Notes: generated by a model not told the origin, from the sequence alone. Counted from the stretch's first letter, positions 25,079-41,168 are shown. The stretch is DNA of 64,000 nucleotides from Geosiphon pyriformis uo1 (GCA_016748015.1 JAAOMT010000439.1:517527-581526), one strand, 5' to 3'. Translations and numbers: made by a program.

Positions 25079-25903
25079 TTAAATTTTATATGAAGGATTT
25101 TCCCTCATATAAACTATGAACGGATCTTCCGCAGAATTTCCGAAAATTAGAAAATTAACGAATTCGCTTGCAATGTCCGAGAGCCAATGTGAAACTTCAT
25201 GAAAAGCACGCTTAAACGGAAACAGTAGCTGATGTTTCCATTCACGCGCTCTGTTTATTTGAGTTGAAGAGGTCGGACGTGAATATGGGGAATCCATGCG
25301 AACATGTCTCCTCTTATGTCTTTGAGCACCCACAACGCTATCATTCCAGGAGCTCTGTTCATACTCTAAGTTTTGGGCCGAGCTTAGCATGACATTTTGG
25401 AGTTGTTTGGCATTTGAAGAGTTCTCAAAAGTTGAAAAAAACTCTCTAGAACCTGAAACTTGTAAATTATTTCCCAATTCTGGGACTGTATTCTTGTGAC
25501 TCGGAGTGAAATCGAAAGCGTTTTGAATTTGATGATAAAATTTCCTAAGGAAGGGGGGCGACAAGACCTTTTTCCAATTGGCACGCAGTGAGTTTTTCGT
25601 TCCCGAGTCTTGAATAAACAATCTTTTAGTATCAGAACTCGGACCAGAACAAGTATAAGGTGTAGAAGTCGCATGAGAACGATAGTTCGTGTGTCGTCTG
25701 AGCGCACCACCATTCCAAACAGAAGTTTGTTCAAGTTCATCTATTATGTAGGTATCGAAGTTTGACATTGATTCTAACATTATATTTTGCAATTCCGTTG
25801 GAAGTGGATTCAACAGGGAAGCATTACTAGTGGAGGTGGTTGTTGAAAAGATGGAAGCCCACGGGTTTTCAGTTAACGAGGGAGCTGTTTCCACATATTC
25901 CAT
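25079..25903 (-). CDS. Hypothetical intronless protein (274 aa) with an internal duplication
   Basis: Intact ORF with gene-like composition between two conserved genes; no family recognised. Confidence 0.65.
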   Translation of the reverse strand: MEYVETAPSLTENPWASIFSTTTSTSNASLLNPLPTELQNIMLESMSNFDTYIIDELEQTSVWNGGALRRHTNYRSHATSTPYTCSGPSSDTKRLFIQDSGTKNSLRANWKKVLSPPFLRKFYHQIQNAFDFTPSHKNTVPELGNNLQVSGSREFFSTFENSSNAKQLQNVMLSSAQNLEYEQSSWNDSVVGAQRHKRRHVRMDSPYSRPTSSTQINRAREWKHQLLFPFKRAFHEVSHWLSDIASEFVNFLIFGNSAEDPFIVYMRENPSYKI

Positions 25904-26087
25904 GAAAGCAGTCTTGAAAAATCTGAAAGGTCGGAGTTGTAGTAACCTTTTGGAATTATGTAAAAATTAATCGTCAAATCATGTATAACTGATAGATCAA
26001 ATGATCATCAAGAATTTTATTTAGATAGTCGCGTTTTTAATAATCTCTAAGCCTTTGACCTTAATTATTTAAATCTTTCTAGAAACA

Positions 26088-28211
<2,124 letters not shown>

Positions 28212-28756
28212 TTTTAGACCTTGATTACTAAAATATTATGTAACACTGATCATCATTATTCGCAGGTTAATCGATGCATGAACTTGGTGAGTATCTAGAA
28301 TGGTTATGGAAATCTACACATAATTTTATTTGATTATTGTGAACAAAAAGAGGCCGATCCTGTATCTTGACATCTTAATGTTTAGAAACTGTTGGTGTTC
28401 AAACTTTCCAACAACATAATCATGGAAGTAAATTGGAGGATTATGCCGAGGTTTGGGATCTTTAATTAGCCAAGATTCTGGTTAAAATTTTTGTTTCTTG
28501 ATATTAAAAAGAAGTGGAAATCAGAATGACATTCTGGCAGGCTCATTTAGGCTTTGACCACATGGGTCAGTTTTTTAAAAATATTATTCATACTACGCGA
28601 GTCACAAATCATAATTCAAATCAAGGTTTTGCTTATAACCCTCTTGCATCAAGAAAAGTAACTTGTCAAAGTCTAGAAATACAACAGATATATTTCATTT
28701 TCTGAATGATTACATTTTGTCAGACTGCTGAGATTGTATCTGCGTTAAAATTTTGT

Positions 28757-31700
28757 TCATTCTTCCTGCTCTTGACCTATGGCTTTAAATGAAAAGGGTT
28801 CGAATTTTCTGCCTGAACCTTCATAAAATTTATTATTGAACTCGACCCTGTGAGAAAGACAAATAACGATCTTATTAGCCGAGAAATTTGTGCAAATAGA
28901 TAGCATTTTGGGAAATCTATACTTGCCAATGAAGACGCAAGGCATGCAAAAAAGCAGACAACCCCTCCATAATTAATAATATTCCTACGGTCAGTGTAAA
29001 CCACAGAGTGAATGCGACGACAAGGGCGATAGCACCAAGTATACCACTCAGTCCCAATACACTTTTTAGGCTCATGTCCCATAAAACCGCCGAGAGTTCT
29101 ATAATTGATAATGCAGATTTTTTCTAACGATTGATTTAATTCAGAAAATGAAATTTCGAGACCGAATTCAACTCACGTGCGTGGGCTAAACTTAAAGCCC
29201 ATAACCGTAAATAGCTAGCTGTATTTGAAATGCATCCCAGGCAAAATTCGATAGTGTGGATAACTTGATGAATCATAGTTTCGGCGAAATCAAAGTCCTC
29301 CTCTACGTGCATCTCTTCAGCAACTACAGCACCTCCCTCCTCTTCTGTTGAAGAGGAGATTCGAGTAGTATCTGTTTGAGGATGATGATAGCCAAGAGCA
29401 CGTATTTTATTGTGTTCTTGACGAAGGATGAAGGGTTTTGCAAATAACATCCATGGTACACATGCTAAAGCAAGAAGTAGTAAAGTAGCTTGAATAAAGC
29501 CCTATATATATAGATGACTCGTTAGATTAGCTTAAATTTAAAGATAAATTTTGAAAAAATCATACTTGTCCAGGGTATAATTGATCTGACGGATTCACTT
29601 TGCCTGGTTGCAAAAACATATAGATGAGCATATTTAAAAGGCCAGGTGGACTGTTATGAAGTCTGTTGCCTTTCACATCAACCTCCCACCAATTTATAGA
29701 CCATTTGAGAATTATGGTGAAGACTAAGTAACCAAAAATGCTTTGCATAAATAAAATTTGTGGTAGAAAGTCTGTCCATATGCATAATGTCTTTTTAAAG
29801 TGGGTGTAATTAAAGACTGTTAGAACAATCCCAAAGGTCATCTAAATAAATCAATCCGGGTTAACTTTGTGGATGAATAGAAATGTAAAATTGGATCCAA
29901 AACAAAAAGTTTTAATACCTGAATAACCCCTAAAATTACAGACATTTTCATTTTATAGGAATTGGTGAATAGTAAATAATTATCAGTTCCATGCCAAGCC
30001 TAGAATTAAAGATTTCAATAAATTCCAACAATTAACGACAATGATTAATTAATATATCAATTGGTAAACTCACTGGATCCACACCGAAAGGATAAATGCC
30101 GATTTGCTTGGCTTCTAATGGTTGGCCTGGAGTATAATTCGTAAAATCCCATTGGAATCCTGAGCGAAAGAGAGACATCGAACGCGAAAATATATCATTA
30201 TATATCAACCCCATATATATCGAAAATAGGCCCATTAATAGAATGATGTAACGTCCACCAAAAAACATTCCTAATATCTGGATAATAAATTTTATCAACC
30301 AGAGTTTGAGGTATTAACGAAAAGATTATGGAATAAAGATAAAATAAAAACCTCTCCTAGACCTCCTTTTTCAAATTTTTTCTCATTAAATATTAGGTAA
30401 GCTGCTGCAATTGAAACAAGAAATCCATGTCCAAAATCACCGAACATAACAGCAAACAAGAATGGGAATGTAATAATGGTAAACAATCCCGGATTAACTT
30501 CTGTATATTTGGCTACACCATAAGCATCAACTATCTCTTGAAATCCCTGTGTAAATTTGTTAACTCGGTGAAAAGTTGGTGGCTCTTTAGTGGTTGGAAT
30601 GTCGCGCAAAATAGATGGAGCTACTGATCCAGATGTTTCCGTGACAGTCCTGAGAGCCTGATGAATTTGATTGATCTCATTAGTGGGACACCAGCCTTCG
30701 GCAATCAAGCATTTACGATTCATGTCATAATTGAACAAATTCATGGTGTGATAGACCCCCTTTTCTTTTTTAATGATAGTTATCCAAGCGGATAGGTTTT
30801 CGGCAATTTTTTGAAGCTCAGCTCTACGCGCATTTTTAGTGTTCTGAAGAACCGAGTTTAGATCACTTATGCTGTTAGTAATTTCCATCAACTTTTTCCG
30901 TCTTTCTTCCGAGTTAGCATCTACTGGATACAAAGTAGCACCCAAGGATTCCGAGATTTTTTTGATCTTGTTCAAAAGTTCTCGGCCATGAGCAAAAATG
31001 ATGAAAACATTTTTATCCAATACTTCGTCTGTGACAGGATCCGTAATTGGTTCATCTATTTCGGCATAATTAAGGTAAAGATTCCCACGCAAAGCACGCC
31101 AAAGAATACGTTCAAAAATTTGCATTTTTTTACGAGGAATAACCCCAGTGACAAACCTAAGAATTGTTTTTAAAAGGGTGAGATATTTGGGTAAATATAT
31201 CAAAGAATATTTCACTATAGGTTAAACAAACCCTAAATTCAATTGATTGATTTCCCCATCTGTGGTTGTACCATGTTCAAGATCATGTGGGTCAAGCAAA
31301 GGGGTAGTTGGTTCATCAAAAGAGTGACGAATATTATCTTGTCGTGATACCGCCTATTTTAGAAAGAGTCAGAGAAACCCATAGAATAGAAATTTCTTAG
31401 TTTAGGCAGGAGCCATTTCATACTAATTTCTATAACCTCTTTTAAAAAGACCGCCGTTTCTCTCAGAACATGTCGGGCCTCAGTTAGCTCCAAGTACCGT
31501 TTTTGTAAAGTTTCTTGGGCACGGTTCATCTGAGTAATACGTCTCTCGTGTTCTTTAATCTTTTGTTCGAGTTCGTCAATTTCTTGGGTACTTCGAACCC
31601 GAGTTGCATAGGTATTGTCAACAATAGGGCGAATGTATATGTCTGATTTCTCAATATGGACTGTGAAGAAACCTGTTTACATGTATCCCGGAATAAATTA

Positions 31701-32352
31701 CGGAGTCAAGGAGAGGATCCGATTAATTCTTTTAAAATACACATATATCAAGATATAACTGTTCAAGTTGATCGCTTCCAATGTCAATAAAAATTGGAAC
31801 ATTTAGTAATTGAATGCATTTGTGAGATAAATAACCAACAAATTTCCAAAAGATTATTAGTTTCTGTTTCGAGAAAAATAGACACCAAAAAAGCTAAAAT
31901 GCTTTGGCCAATTATAATTCGTAAATTACAACTCATTAGCCAAAAAATTCTACTTCTTTAACGTGTCATTTTCTAAAAAGAAATAAATAGGAATAAAAGA
32001 GTACCGAAAGGTCATTAGAAAACACAAAATCGTATTTACAAAAACTTACGAAGATGCCTTTCCATTTCATCAAATCTTCTAATATCATTAACGAAAGCTC
32101 TCTGAAACGCATTCACATCAGAATTCAACTTTTTCCAGACAAAAATAAAGGCAAAAAAGTTTTCATAATTAATAAGTGGGTATAGAATGCAAGCGATTTT
32201 CAGCAAAATGGTAAATTCGGAAAACAAACATCTCTGAACTGAATCAATCCTAACTCGCCTAGCTCTGCAACCGTGGGTGATGCAGTTTCTGAAGGAATGA
32301 ATAATTGAATCAGGGACATCTCATCCGAGCGGAAGAGACTAGAGTACGACAT
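28757..32352 (-). CDS. VPH1: V-type ATPase V0 subunit a (Vph1/Stv1), multi-exon
   Basis: [25 protein letters not shown]|[68 protein letters not shown]. Confidence 0.97.
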
Positions 32353-32550
32353 TTTGACTAATATCCCCTTTGAAGCAAAAACTAAGATATAAAATATTGT
32401 GTTAAAGGCATTCGGAAGCCCATGTTTTGTTGGAGTGTATCAGCTCACGTGCCAAGATCTGATTGTCATTTTCATCGGTAGTGACAAATCGGGTTAATTA
32501 ATAAAATACAATCTTTTAAACATTATTAAATTTTTATAATTTTATATTTT

Positions 32551-32830
32551 ACACGTGACCAGCCACCTGAGCCAATCAAGACCACACTATTCAATTCCTC
32601 ACATCGACAGAAGGCTTCGCGGTGCAAATTCATGAACATTCCGACCAATCTTTCAGCTAACCTAGTGTTCCCAAAGATTTTAGCCGAGTCAGCAAGCCAT
32701 TCCTTAAAACGAATCCTTTAGTCAAAGCAATGTAAAGCCCAATGACAAGTTGTCGTCATCCATCGAATCAGGATACATAAAGTTCTGTATAAGCTAGAGA
32801 GGATCCAGGAGCCATCGATAGAGGTTATCC
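32551..32830 (-). mobile_element. Old LINE ORF2 C-terminus and 3'UTR remnant in the VPH1 upstream region
   Basis: Reverse strand reads GLYIALTKGFV../KEWLADS..VHEF (compare ALCKSFVFDEWFHES..VHEF in LINE-A), then TAGTGTGGTCTTGATTGGCTCAGGTGGCTGGTCACGTGT. Confidence 0.75.
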
Positions 32831-33456
32831 AAAACTCCAATTGTTTTAATTGTTAAAAATATGAAGTTAATATCAATTTTAGATTATTTGGGTTTTATTA
32901 CTTATTTTTGTGGCCAATTTTTTTTTACTTTACTCCATTATTACGTAATTAAAATATTTAAAAACTAAGGATTTCTTGATTATTTTATTTAACGAAATCC
33001 GAAAAAAGATTACGCTTCCATTCAAGTTCTTAATTCTATTTAAGACATTGAAAATTAAAATTTTAGAAATAATAAATCCATCAAAAAATATTTGAACTCA
33101 TAAAATGTTTAAAATCTCAGGCTTAATGATATATATTATTATTAAACAAAATTGTAATGTGATCAATAAAAGAGCTGGAATAGTTGGAAAGGTAACAGAA
33201 ATAAATGTTGGATTGTGTCGATATACTTGTAGATAAAATTTTGTATTATTACATGATGAAAGAAGGTACTCCTATGTAGTAAGTAAATTGAAGGAAGGTC
33301 CAAAAAAGAAATTCGATTCTTGGAATGAGGGAGCGATGGTACAGTGCTATCATTGATATTTATACAAGTATAGTCTCTTTTTCCCTTCTCGCTTTTATCC
33401 GTTATTTCTCTTTATTTGTTTTTATTATTCTGTTTTCATTTTTTTTCTCCCTTGTA

Positions 33457-34427
33457 TTAATCAAGAATATCACTAATTTTTGCACCACCAATCTCAATTG
33501 ACTTGGTTGACGTCTCATCCTTTTTCTCGCTAGCTGCCTCAAAATTTTCTACCAACTCGGGGATATCGTCGTCCTCGTCGTTGTTAGGATCGACCGGCAT
33601 ACCACCAGGATTGGAAAGATTGATTTGTTGATAAGATTCGGCGAGCTTACGCAAAGATGCCAGGGAGTCGGGACCGAGTTGGTTGAGAATACCGGGAACA
33701 AGTTCCGTGAGTTCTTTATCTTCTCCTTGGCCGTAGATAGCGAAGGTGTTTGCCTGGATTGATGCGTGCACTTAAATGAAAGATGGTTATAATATTAATT
33801 TCTGAATAGATTTACAATCGAGGCAAAGATAGATTGAATTTTCAAAGCTTAAAAAATCAAAAAATCGATCATGTGTGAATATTAAATCGGTTTTCTCTTT
33901 AATACTTTTTCTCTCTTGAAAAGAAACCAATCAGATACAGTAAAAAAAATATCACACCTTTCGGGGCTGTAAAATGAATTACATTGCCATCATCCTTGAA
34001 CATGTTTACTTCCTCGATAGACGGAATGGCTTGCACGTTCAGTTTTTTTAATGTCGATTGAAGCTTCTTGTCATCATTCAAAGCAGTCTTATGAGCTTTT
34101 TTCACTTTACGGCGTGGGGTGCCTTTGCCACCTTTAAATTGAGGGATCAAAAGAGTCAGAGTAATAAGGTAATTCGATGCTTATTAAAAGATAAACATTG
34201 GAAATTATCCCAGGTTTTGGAAGGGCTATGAATTTTTCGCAAAAAGTTAATAATCTCATAATTGGGGTAAGGGAAAGTATTAGATCAAAAAAATTTTCCC
34301 GGGGTCTTGGAACAAATTGTCATTTCTTCAATTCAAACATTTAAAAATTTCTTCGTTAAGTTTATGGAATAAGCCCTTTACCAATTCGAATTTGAGACTG
34401 CATTTTCTCAAGTTTTTCTTTGTTCAT
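33457..34427 (-). CDS. EGD1: Nascent polypeptide-associated complex beta subunit (Egd1/BTF3), 3 exons
   Basis: [16 protein letters not shown]|[62 protein letters not shown]. Confidence 0.96.
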
Positions 34428-34737
34428 TTTGGGTTGTGTTTTAACAAAAATCTCTATTATTTTCCTAGTTTAAAAGAATCCCCTAGTAAAAAAAAATAGC
34501 AAATCAATAAAGGAAATTTATTGGATGAGAATTAAGAAAAAGCCTCTTCGCAAACCTTGAAGATAATTAGAAAAGATATTTTATAAAAAATTTAAAGTGT
34601 TTTCGAGGGTAAAGAGAGTTGAGGGAAAGTTAGGAAATTTTTTCTACCAAGATCGACAATTGGGAACGATATTTTCGTGTAACAAAGTGCACAGCATGGT
34701 AAGCCATTTGATTTTAATCTAAAATTTTTGGTTGACG

Positions 34738-37378
34738 ATGATTTCTCTTTTATTAACAAGGAGACTTCAAGTCAAAGCTCAATTTCCTCAGTTTCTTAGA
34801 CCTTTTAGTAGCTGTACTTCACAAAATGATGTTTCAAAGTTTTACTCTAAGGAATTTTTCAAATCTAGTCTCAATGAGTCGCCCACAATGTCTTCACTTG
34901 ATAAAAGTAGAATAGGCAAAGAACAGGATAATTTTCGGAATCGAACAACTGTTCAGCTAGAAAACATTTACGATGTAGTAATTGTAGGCGGTGGGATAGC
35001 TGGAACAGCATTAGCTTGTGCCTTAGGTGATTCAATTATATATTGTATTAAACGTTTTAGTGAAGCTTTGCCTTCAAATTATCAATTGTCTTTTTTTAAT
35101 TATATTTTTATAAATTCGAGAAACTAGCCTCTTCCCCCAAGACTAGTTCTCAAAAAATAGCATTGATAGAGATTGGGGATTATTCGGAGTTCAGGAAATG
35201 GAAACCGTCGCTGGACGAGTTCTCTAATCGTGTTAGTTCGATTACACCTGGATCAGCTCGATTTTTGAAAGGTCATGCTGGATTTATTTGAGGGGGGAGG
35301 TCATTACGTTTTTTGGAGATTGCAATGATAGATATTGATTCAATTTATTCTCACGACAAAAATATTTCTCTATTCAATTGAGTTGATTCACCCCTTTTTT
35401 CTTTTTGTATCCCATCGTTTTTATCCCTTATATTCTCACCACTGGTCGATATAACTTTTAACCCTCTTAACCAACCTCCATTCTTCGTTCTCAGAAATTG
35501 AAGTTTGGGATCATTTAGATCTCACTAGGATTAAGCCATACCAAAGTATTCATGTATGGGATGGTGTGAGTGATGGACAGATCAGTTTTTCAAACAAAAA
35601 CGATAATCATGATAATAGTATTCCTTACCTGGGTTTCACGCCAAATTCGCAACAAAAACCAGAAGCCCTTGCATGGATTATAGAAAATTATAATCTTCAA
35701 CGTGGAATCCTTTCAAAACTGGAGGATACCTTTCGAGAGAAGGGGGATATTGCAAAAAGAATAGATGTATTTGATAGAACCAGAGTAGATAAAATTTCAT
35801 TTACAAAAAATCAGGAGGATGACTCATTTGATTTATCTGAATGGCCTCTTGTAGAATTAGACAATGGAAAATCTTTGCGGGCTAGATTATTAGTAAGTAG
35901 TGTTAGTGATTTATTTAAGAGATTTAAATTACGAATCAATTATATTCTTGAAAACGAACCTTTGAATAAATTTTTACTTTATCCTTTTGAGAAGGTAGGA
36001 GCTGATGGGATAAATTCTCCTGTACGCATATTTGCACAAATTGAATCTCTTGGTTGGGATTATAATTCTAGTGCGATTGTTGCAACGCTACAAGTGAATC
36101 CTTTAGTTCAAAACGATACAGCATGGCAACGGTTCCTGCCTACTGGTCCGATTGCTATGTTACCGGTAACGAAATCTTGAAACTTAAATTTTTATCATTT
36201 CTTAATTCACATTTTCAAACAAATCCGATCATTTCTTATCTATTCATTATAATCCTCAATTCATAATTCATTCATTTATTTATTTATTTATTCACCACCA
36301 CCCGCTTACGTATTTCAAAGCTAAACCAAGCTGGCTACGCATCATTAGTTTGGTCTACAAGTCCACAACTATCTAAAAAACTATGTCACCTTCCATCTGA
36401 TCAATTCATTCCTCTCCTTAACGCTGCATTCCGACTACCCACCCAAGATCTTGATTATTTTTATTCCCAAATACTTTCAGATTTGGGAAAGTCCATTAGT
36501 ATTGATGATGAAATGAGGTGGCGTGAAGAGGTTTTGAATAAAACTAGAAATGATCATTCGTATACATGGGACCAGAAGGGAAATGGAAATATTAATACGG
36601 ATAGAAACATGAATACCCGACCACCGAAAATAATAGGCATTCAAGAAGATAGTAGAGCAACATTCCCATTACGTATGCGAAATTCTGAGAGATATGTTAA
36701 AGAAAGGGTTGTGCTTGTTGGGTGAGTGAATCAATTATGCGTATTGAATGATAGGATGAGTGAGTAGCTGATTTTTCTGATTTAGTTAACCTTTATCCGA
36801 ATTTTTCACTTGTCTTTTTTCTTAAAGTGATGCAGCACATGCGATCCATCCACTCGCCGGACAAGGTTTAAATCAAGCATTAGCCGACGTGAAATCTTTA
36901 CTAAAAGTTATAGAAACCGGAGTGATGAATGGGCAAGATATTGGTATATGTACATAAAATTTTTCGAGACAAAGAGAAAGGGAGAGCTAGACTTCTTGAT
37001 TTCTTTTTGAGCATTCTTTCCAATTATTATGGTTTTTCTATTTAATATGAGCATTTTTTTTAAAAAAAAACAGGGGATCTAAGATTACTATCTGAGTATG
37101 CTTCAGAACGGTACCTCCCGAATTTGGTAATGATTAGTGCGGTTGATAAGTTACATAAATTATTTTCAACGGATTTCGGTCCCGTTGTTTGGGCACGATC
37201 AGTTGGATTACGTGCTTTTGACTCGGTCAGACCCGTTAAGGTATCTTTAAGAGTTTTCTGATTTTATGAACAATGAGTTTCTAAGACAAACATAATTTGT
37301 TCTCATATATCACAATGTTTATTTTGGGATTCTTCATTTTAGGCAGAGATAATGAAGTTTGCGATGGGTGTTGAATGA
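34738..37378 (+). CDS. COQ6: Ubiquinone biosynthesis FAD monooxygenase COQ6, multi-exon, mitochondrial-type N-terminus
   Basis: YDVVIVGGGIAG, SNRVSSITP, VGADGINSPVR, AWQRFLPTGPIAMLP, G|DAAHAIHPLAGQGLNQ, DKLHKLF; ends EIMKFAMGVE. Confidence 0.94.
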
Positions 37379-37514
37379 AAAGTTTGTAAATTGCTAACAA
37401 TACATATAAGATACATCACTTTGTTATTGAAACAGGATAATTTATATGGTGAATTTATTTCCATTGAAAAAAATTTAATCTTAAATCTAAATTATTTATG
37501 ACTTTGGCGACATT

Positions 37515-39639
37515 TCAATCTTGCAATTTTCCCTGCATACGGGCTGCTTTGAATTTCGATATTTTTTTCGGCCTTGGCTGGTTACTTTTATCTACTGTTA
37601 ATGCTTGTGTTTGAGAAGGGGGGGGAATTATCGATGATTGTGCTTGAGGCTGAGGCTGGGATGGAGGGATTAATAATGGTCGAGGTTGTGAAATAGGGGG
37701 AACTTGTTCTGGCCGAGGTTGAGGAGTTGACAGATTCGGCACTTGTTGAGTTTGGCGGGACGAATCTAGTAGTGACTTTGGTTTTAAGGGTACCTGTGAT
37801 TGCTGTGTTTGAGAAGGTGAATGGGGTAACGATGGTGGTACAATATTCTGTAAAGAGAAATAGTGTCGAGAAATTCATTAATAAAAATAGACAGGGAAGA
37901 TGTGATTAATCCTTTGCTTACATCCTCGAGTAACGTTTCTTTTTGAGAATTTTCCAAAAATTCTTGATTTTCTGCATAAAATTTTTCTCGTGCAGCATGA
38001 TATTTCACAGCAACCTAAAGAACAGGCATACAAAAACCGAATTTTTAATTTCGAGGAAATTTTGATTAATCAACTCTATCTCTTCCCTAATACAATATAC
38101 CTCTTTCAACAAAATATCTTCTTCGACTTGTTCAAGAAATTCATCGATATTCACTTCCGTCGGTTCTTTTTCCACCACCATACCTTTCACTGGGTTGGTA
38201 CTTTTTCGTGGGGATCCGGTCATAGACTTACCGGCCTTGGATTGCGATTTTTGATTTTTTGCCAATTGGGAGTAAAACTCGGACATGGAAAGAGAGGATT
38301 GAGTTGACGTTTCTGTAATCGATGTATTAATTTTTGGAATCGAATTTTCAGCCGTGGATTCCGATCTAGAAAGAGGCGGAGAAAGTGTATCTTGAGCAAA
38401 TCGAACTTTTATAACTTTATTTTCTAATGATGAAGTTTCCGCAGCTTTATCCTTGTCGGCTAAACTTTCATTTTCATCATCTACATCACTATCACTAGTC
38501 ATTTGTACTTTCTCTTGATGATAAATAGAATCGTATTCATCATCGTCTTCATTTGTCCCAACCTCATCCTCATCCTCATCTTCATATTCATATTCATCAT
38601 CGTCAGAATCTTTTTCGGATTCTCGATTAATCACACGGATTCTTTGACGCCCCGCCATCTCTTCCTCCTCCTCTCGCTCTAATTTTTCCCAATCAAGAAG
38701 ATTTTTTAATTTGGTATCCACGTCAGAATATACTTGAGAATTCCGGCCTAGTAATTCCGAGATATGAGTTTATTCATTTCCATTTCCATGATAAAAATCC
38801 TTCACATCAAAAACACGATACCCTTTTTCTCGGATGATTGGGTGCTTTGATCTACCAGAGATTGAACCTCATGTTCTACTATATCGACAAAGGGTAGTCC
38901 CTCTTCATTGAACTGTCGATTCCCATCGAATAATTTGGAAATGATCAAGAGGCGCGTTAAAGGGCATCACTTAAAGAAGAGAATAAACGCCAACGGATTT
39001 ATTGAATCACATGCCTTGGCATGAGGGGTTGCAATATCCAATACATCGGTGGTCATTTTTAGACGATTAATAAGATCCTCAAGACGCGTTTCCAGGTTCT
39101 TGAGATTTTTATGAACCACTTTAAAAAGAAAAAGATAAAGCTTACAGATAGAAGTCTTTTGATGATATCATATGTGTAACTTGACCATCAGAAATCAATA
39201 ACATGACTCACATTCAATTCTCCTCTCGGCAATCTGAGCAGCATGTGTATTAGAGCATTCAATGAACCAATTTTCCCCCACTGAAACCATTACTCGATTG
39301 GTGTTGATGAGTTGTCCGGGGATGAAAGCCAATTTCCCAAATGGTAGCTAGGTGATCCCCAATTGAAATTTAGATATATCAAATTTACGAAAATTTATTT
39401 TTTCCAATTTTAAATAAGATCCCCACCATAGCATCATATTTCAATTTATTGTGTAACCCATCCAACTTTTGTTTCAACTGAATATAATCTTTCTTATATT
39501 TCTGCCATCGATCAAGTTCCTCGTGATTCTGCTCGATTGCTTCTTTTAATTTATTTTGATACAGTTCAATTGAAGCCGTATCTTGGGAATGTTGAGTCGT
39601 TGTTTGTCCTCCTTGTTTTTGATTTTGATATTTTGACAT
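37515..39639 (-). CDS. URI1: Unconventional prefoldin RPB5 interactor (URI1/Bud27), multi-exon
   Basis: Alpha-prefoldin domain (PFGKLAFIPGQLINTNRVMVSVGENWFIE), NEEGLPFVDI, acidic tract and C-terminal KKISKFKAARM motif. Confidence 0.88.
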
Positions 39640-39867
39640 TTTGGATTAGGAATAAGTTAAGTCTTGCCAGTCGCGTCCTGTGGACAGATTTGAAAAATTT
39701 TTAACTTTGAATCGTGGTCAATATATCTTATGAATCATATGATCCGACTGAACAAACTTTAATGGTGATTGGTCGAAATCATAAACTAAAACTTCAATTT
39801 TTTTGACACTATTTCTCCGTCTCACTGTACACGAATTCAATTCTCCACTACCCTTAGCCTTACAAAA

Positions 39868-41168
39868 ATGACGATCGAAAACTCTCCAGCACGTTTTGTC
39901 ACCCGATTAAAAGAAAGCCCTGAAGATGTATATATTACCGTTAAAGAAAATGTTAGCGATCTATGGAACTTACTCTACAGAAACCTCGGCTGGCTCTTAT
40001 GGAGGCTCTTTTATTGCTGCTTCATATTGAAAAAAGCTTTATATCTTCAAGAGCCAGCGGAAGACGATTACAGCCTAACAAGTTTCTCACGAGAAGAGGT
40101 GGTTTGTCTCTTACTAAGCGTTTATCTCTCCTGGCGATGCTTTATGCAATATCAAGATTATAAACTTTTTCTTCGTCACAACGCTGAAGAACCACCAAGA
40201 GGTTCCAATCACATGTACTTGGCCGATGTTGAACCTGAGGAAGCCCCTGAATGGGCAGATCATCCCCTGGGATGCCTTTTGTATGTTAAATCACTTTTCA
40301 CCTATAATCTATTCATTTCGACTTGCTTATTCTACTCACAAATCTCTTATCATAATTTTTTAGCTATCCAATATACAGGATATTATTTACCAGGCCACAG
40401 ACGTCCCATAAAGTCTGGACACTACGAATATGGAAACCAGAAAGAATCACTCTTCGATGTTTTTGTTGGTTCTCGCCTGTACAGATTTTCATGTATCATA
40501 TCATGACTCCCGGTAAAGCCCCATTTCTAGCTATCGCTATTATCATGATGGCTTTTCTTCTTCGACGACTCGTAGATTGGTTTGATGACTTGGTGAAAGA
40601 TAGACAAGTTATATATGAACAAATGCAACTTGAATATCACGAAAAATTTGTGTCTCCACGACTTTTCAGACAACAACGAATCGATACCGCTCAAACTGAT
40701 GCGAGTTATTGGGATCTAGCTGCTCAACAAGCCATCCAAAAGTCAATTATGAATCAGTCCAGCGCTACTGTAACTGTCGTCCCAGACCTTCCCAACGAAG
40801 CTAAATTCAAAAATCCTGAATTTACTCTCGAATCGAGATCAACTACCGAGTCAGCACCAAATGCCTCCGTTGCACAACCTACGCTGCCATTTATATTAGA
40901 GAAGAATAGCCCTGGGCTTGCTCCTAAAACAAGAACTCCAAGAACATCACGTTCAGCTGCTGCCACCAGCTCATCCCCCACTTCAAAATCAAGGAAGTCA
41001 GCAAACAATTCTATTAAAAATACCACAGAAGAATACGAATGCCCTGCGGATAAGCCAAGTCCTTACAAGACAAAAGAGAATATTTTTCAACGCGGATATC
41101 CTGGGGCAATTAACGGGGTTCCAATCGATAACTCGAAGTTGACTATCCGAAGGAAAAAGAAGTATTAA
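39868..41168 (+). CDS. Nur1/Mug154 (DUF2418)-like nuclear rim membrane protein, 2 exons
   Basis: Splicing about 40282-40363 (GT..AG) gives VWTLRIWKP..CWFSPVQ..LVKDRQVIYEQMQLEYHEKFVSPRLF, which fits my recollection of the Nur1/Mug154 pattern; hydrophobic segments and a Ser/Thr-rich tail. Confidence 0.7.

Noticed and set aside
37241-37342. U12-type intron in COQ6 (donor GTATCTTT)
   Set aside because: The donor deviates from RTATCCTT and there is no convincing TCCTTAAC branch site.
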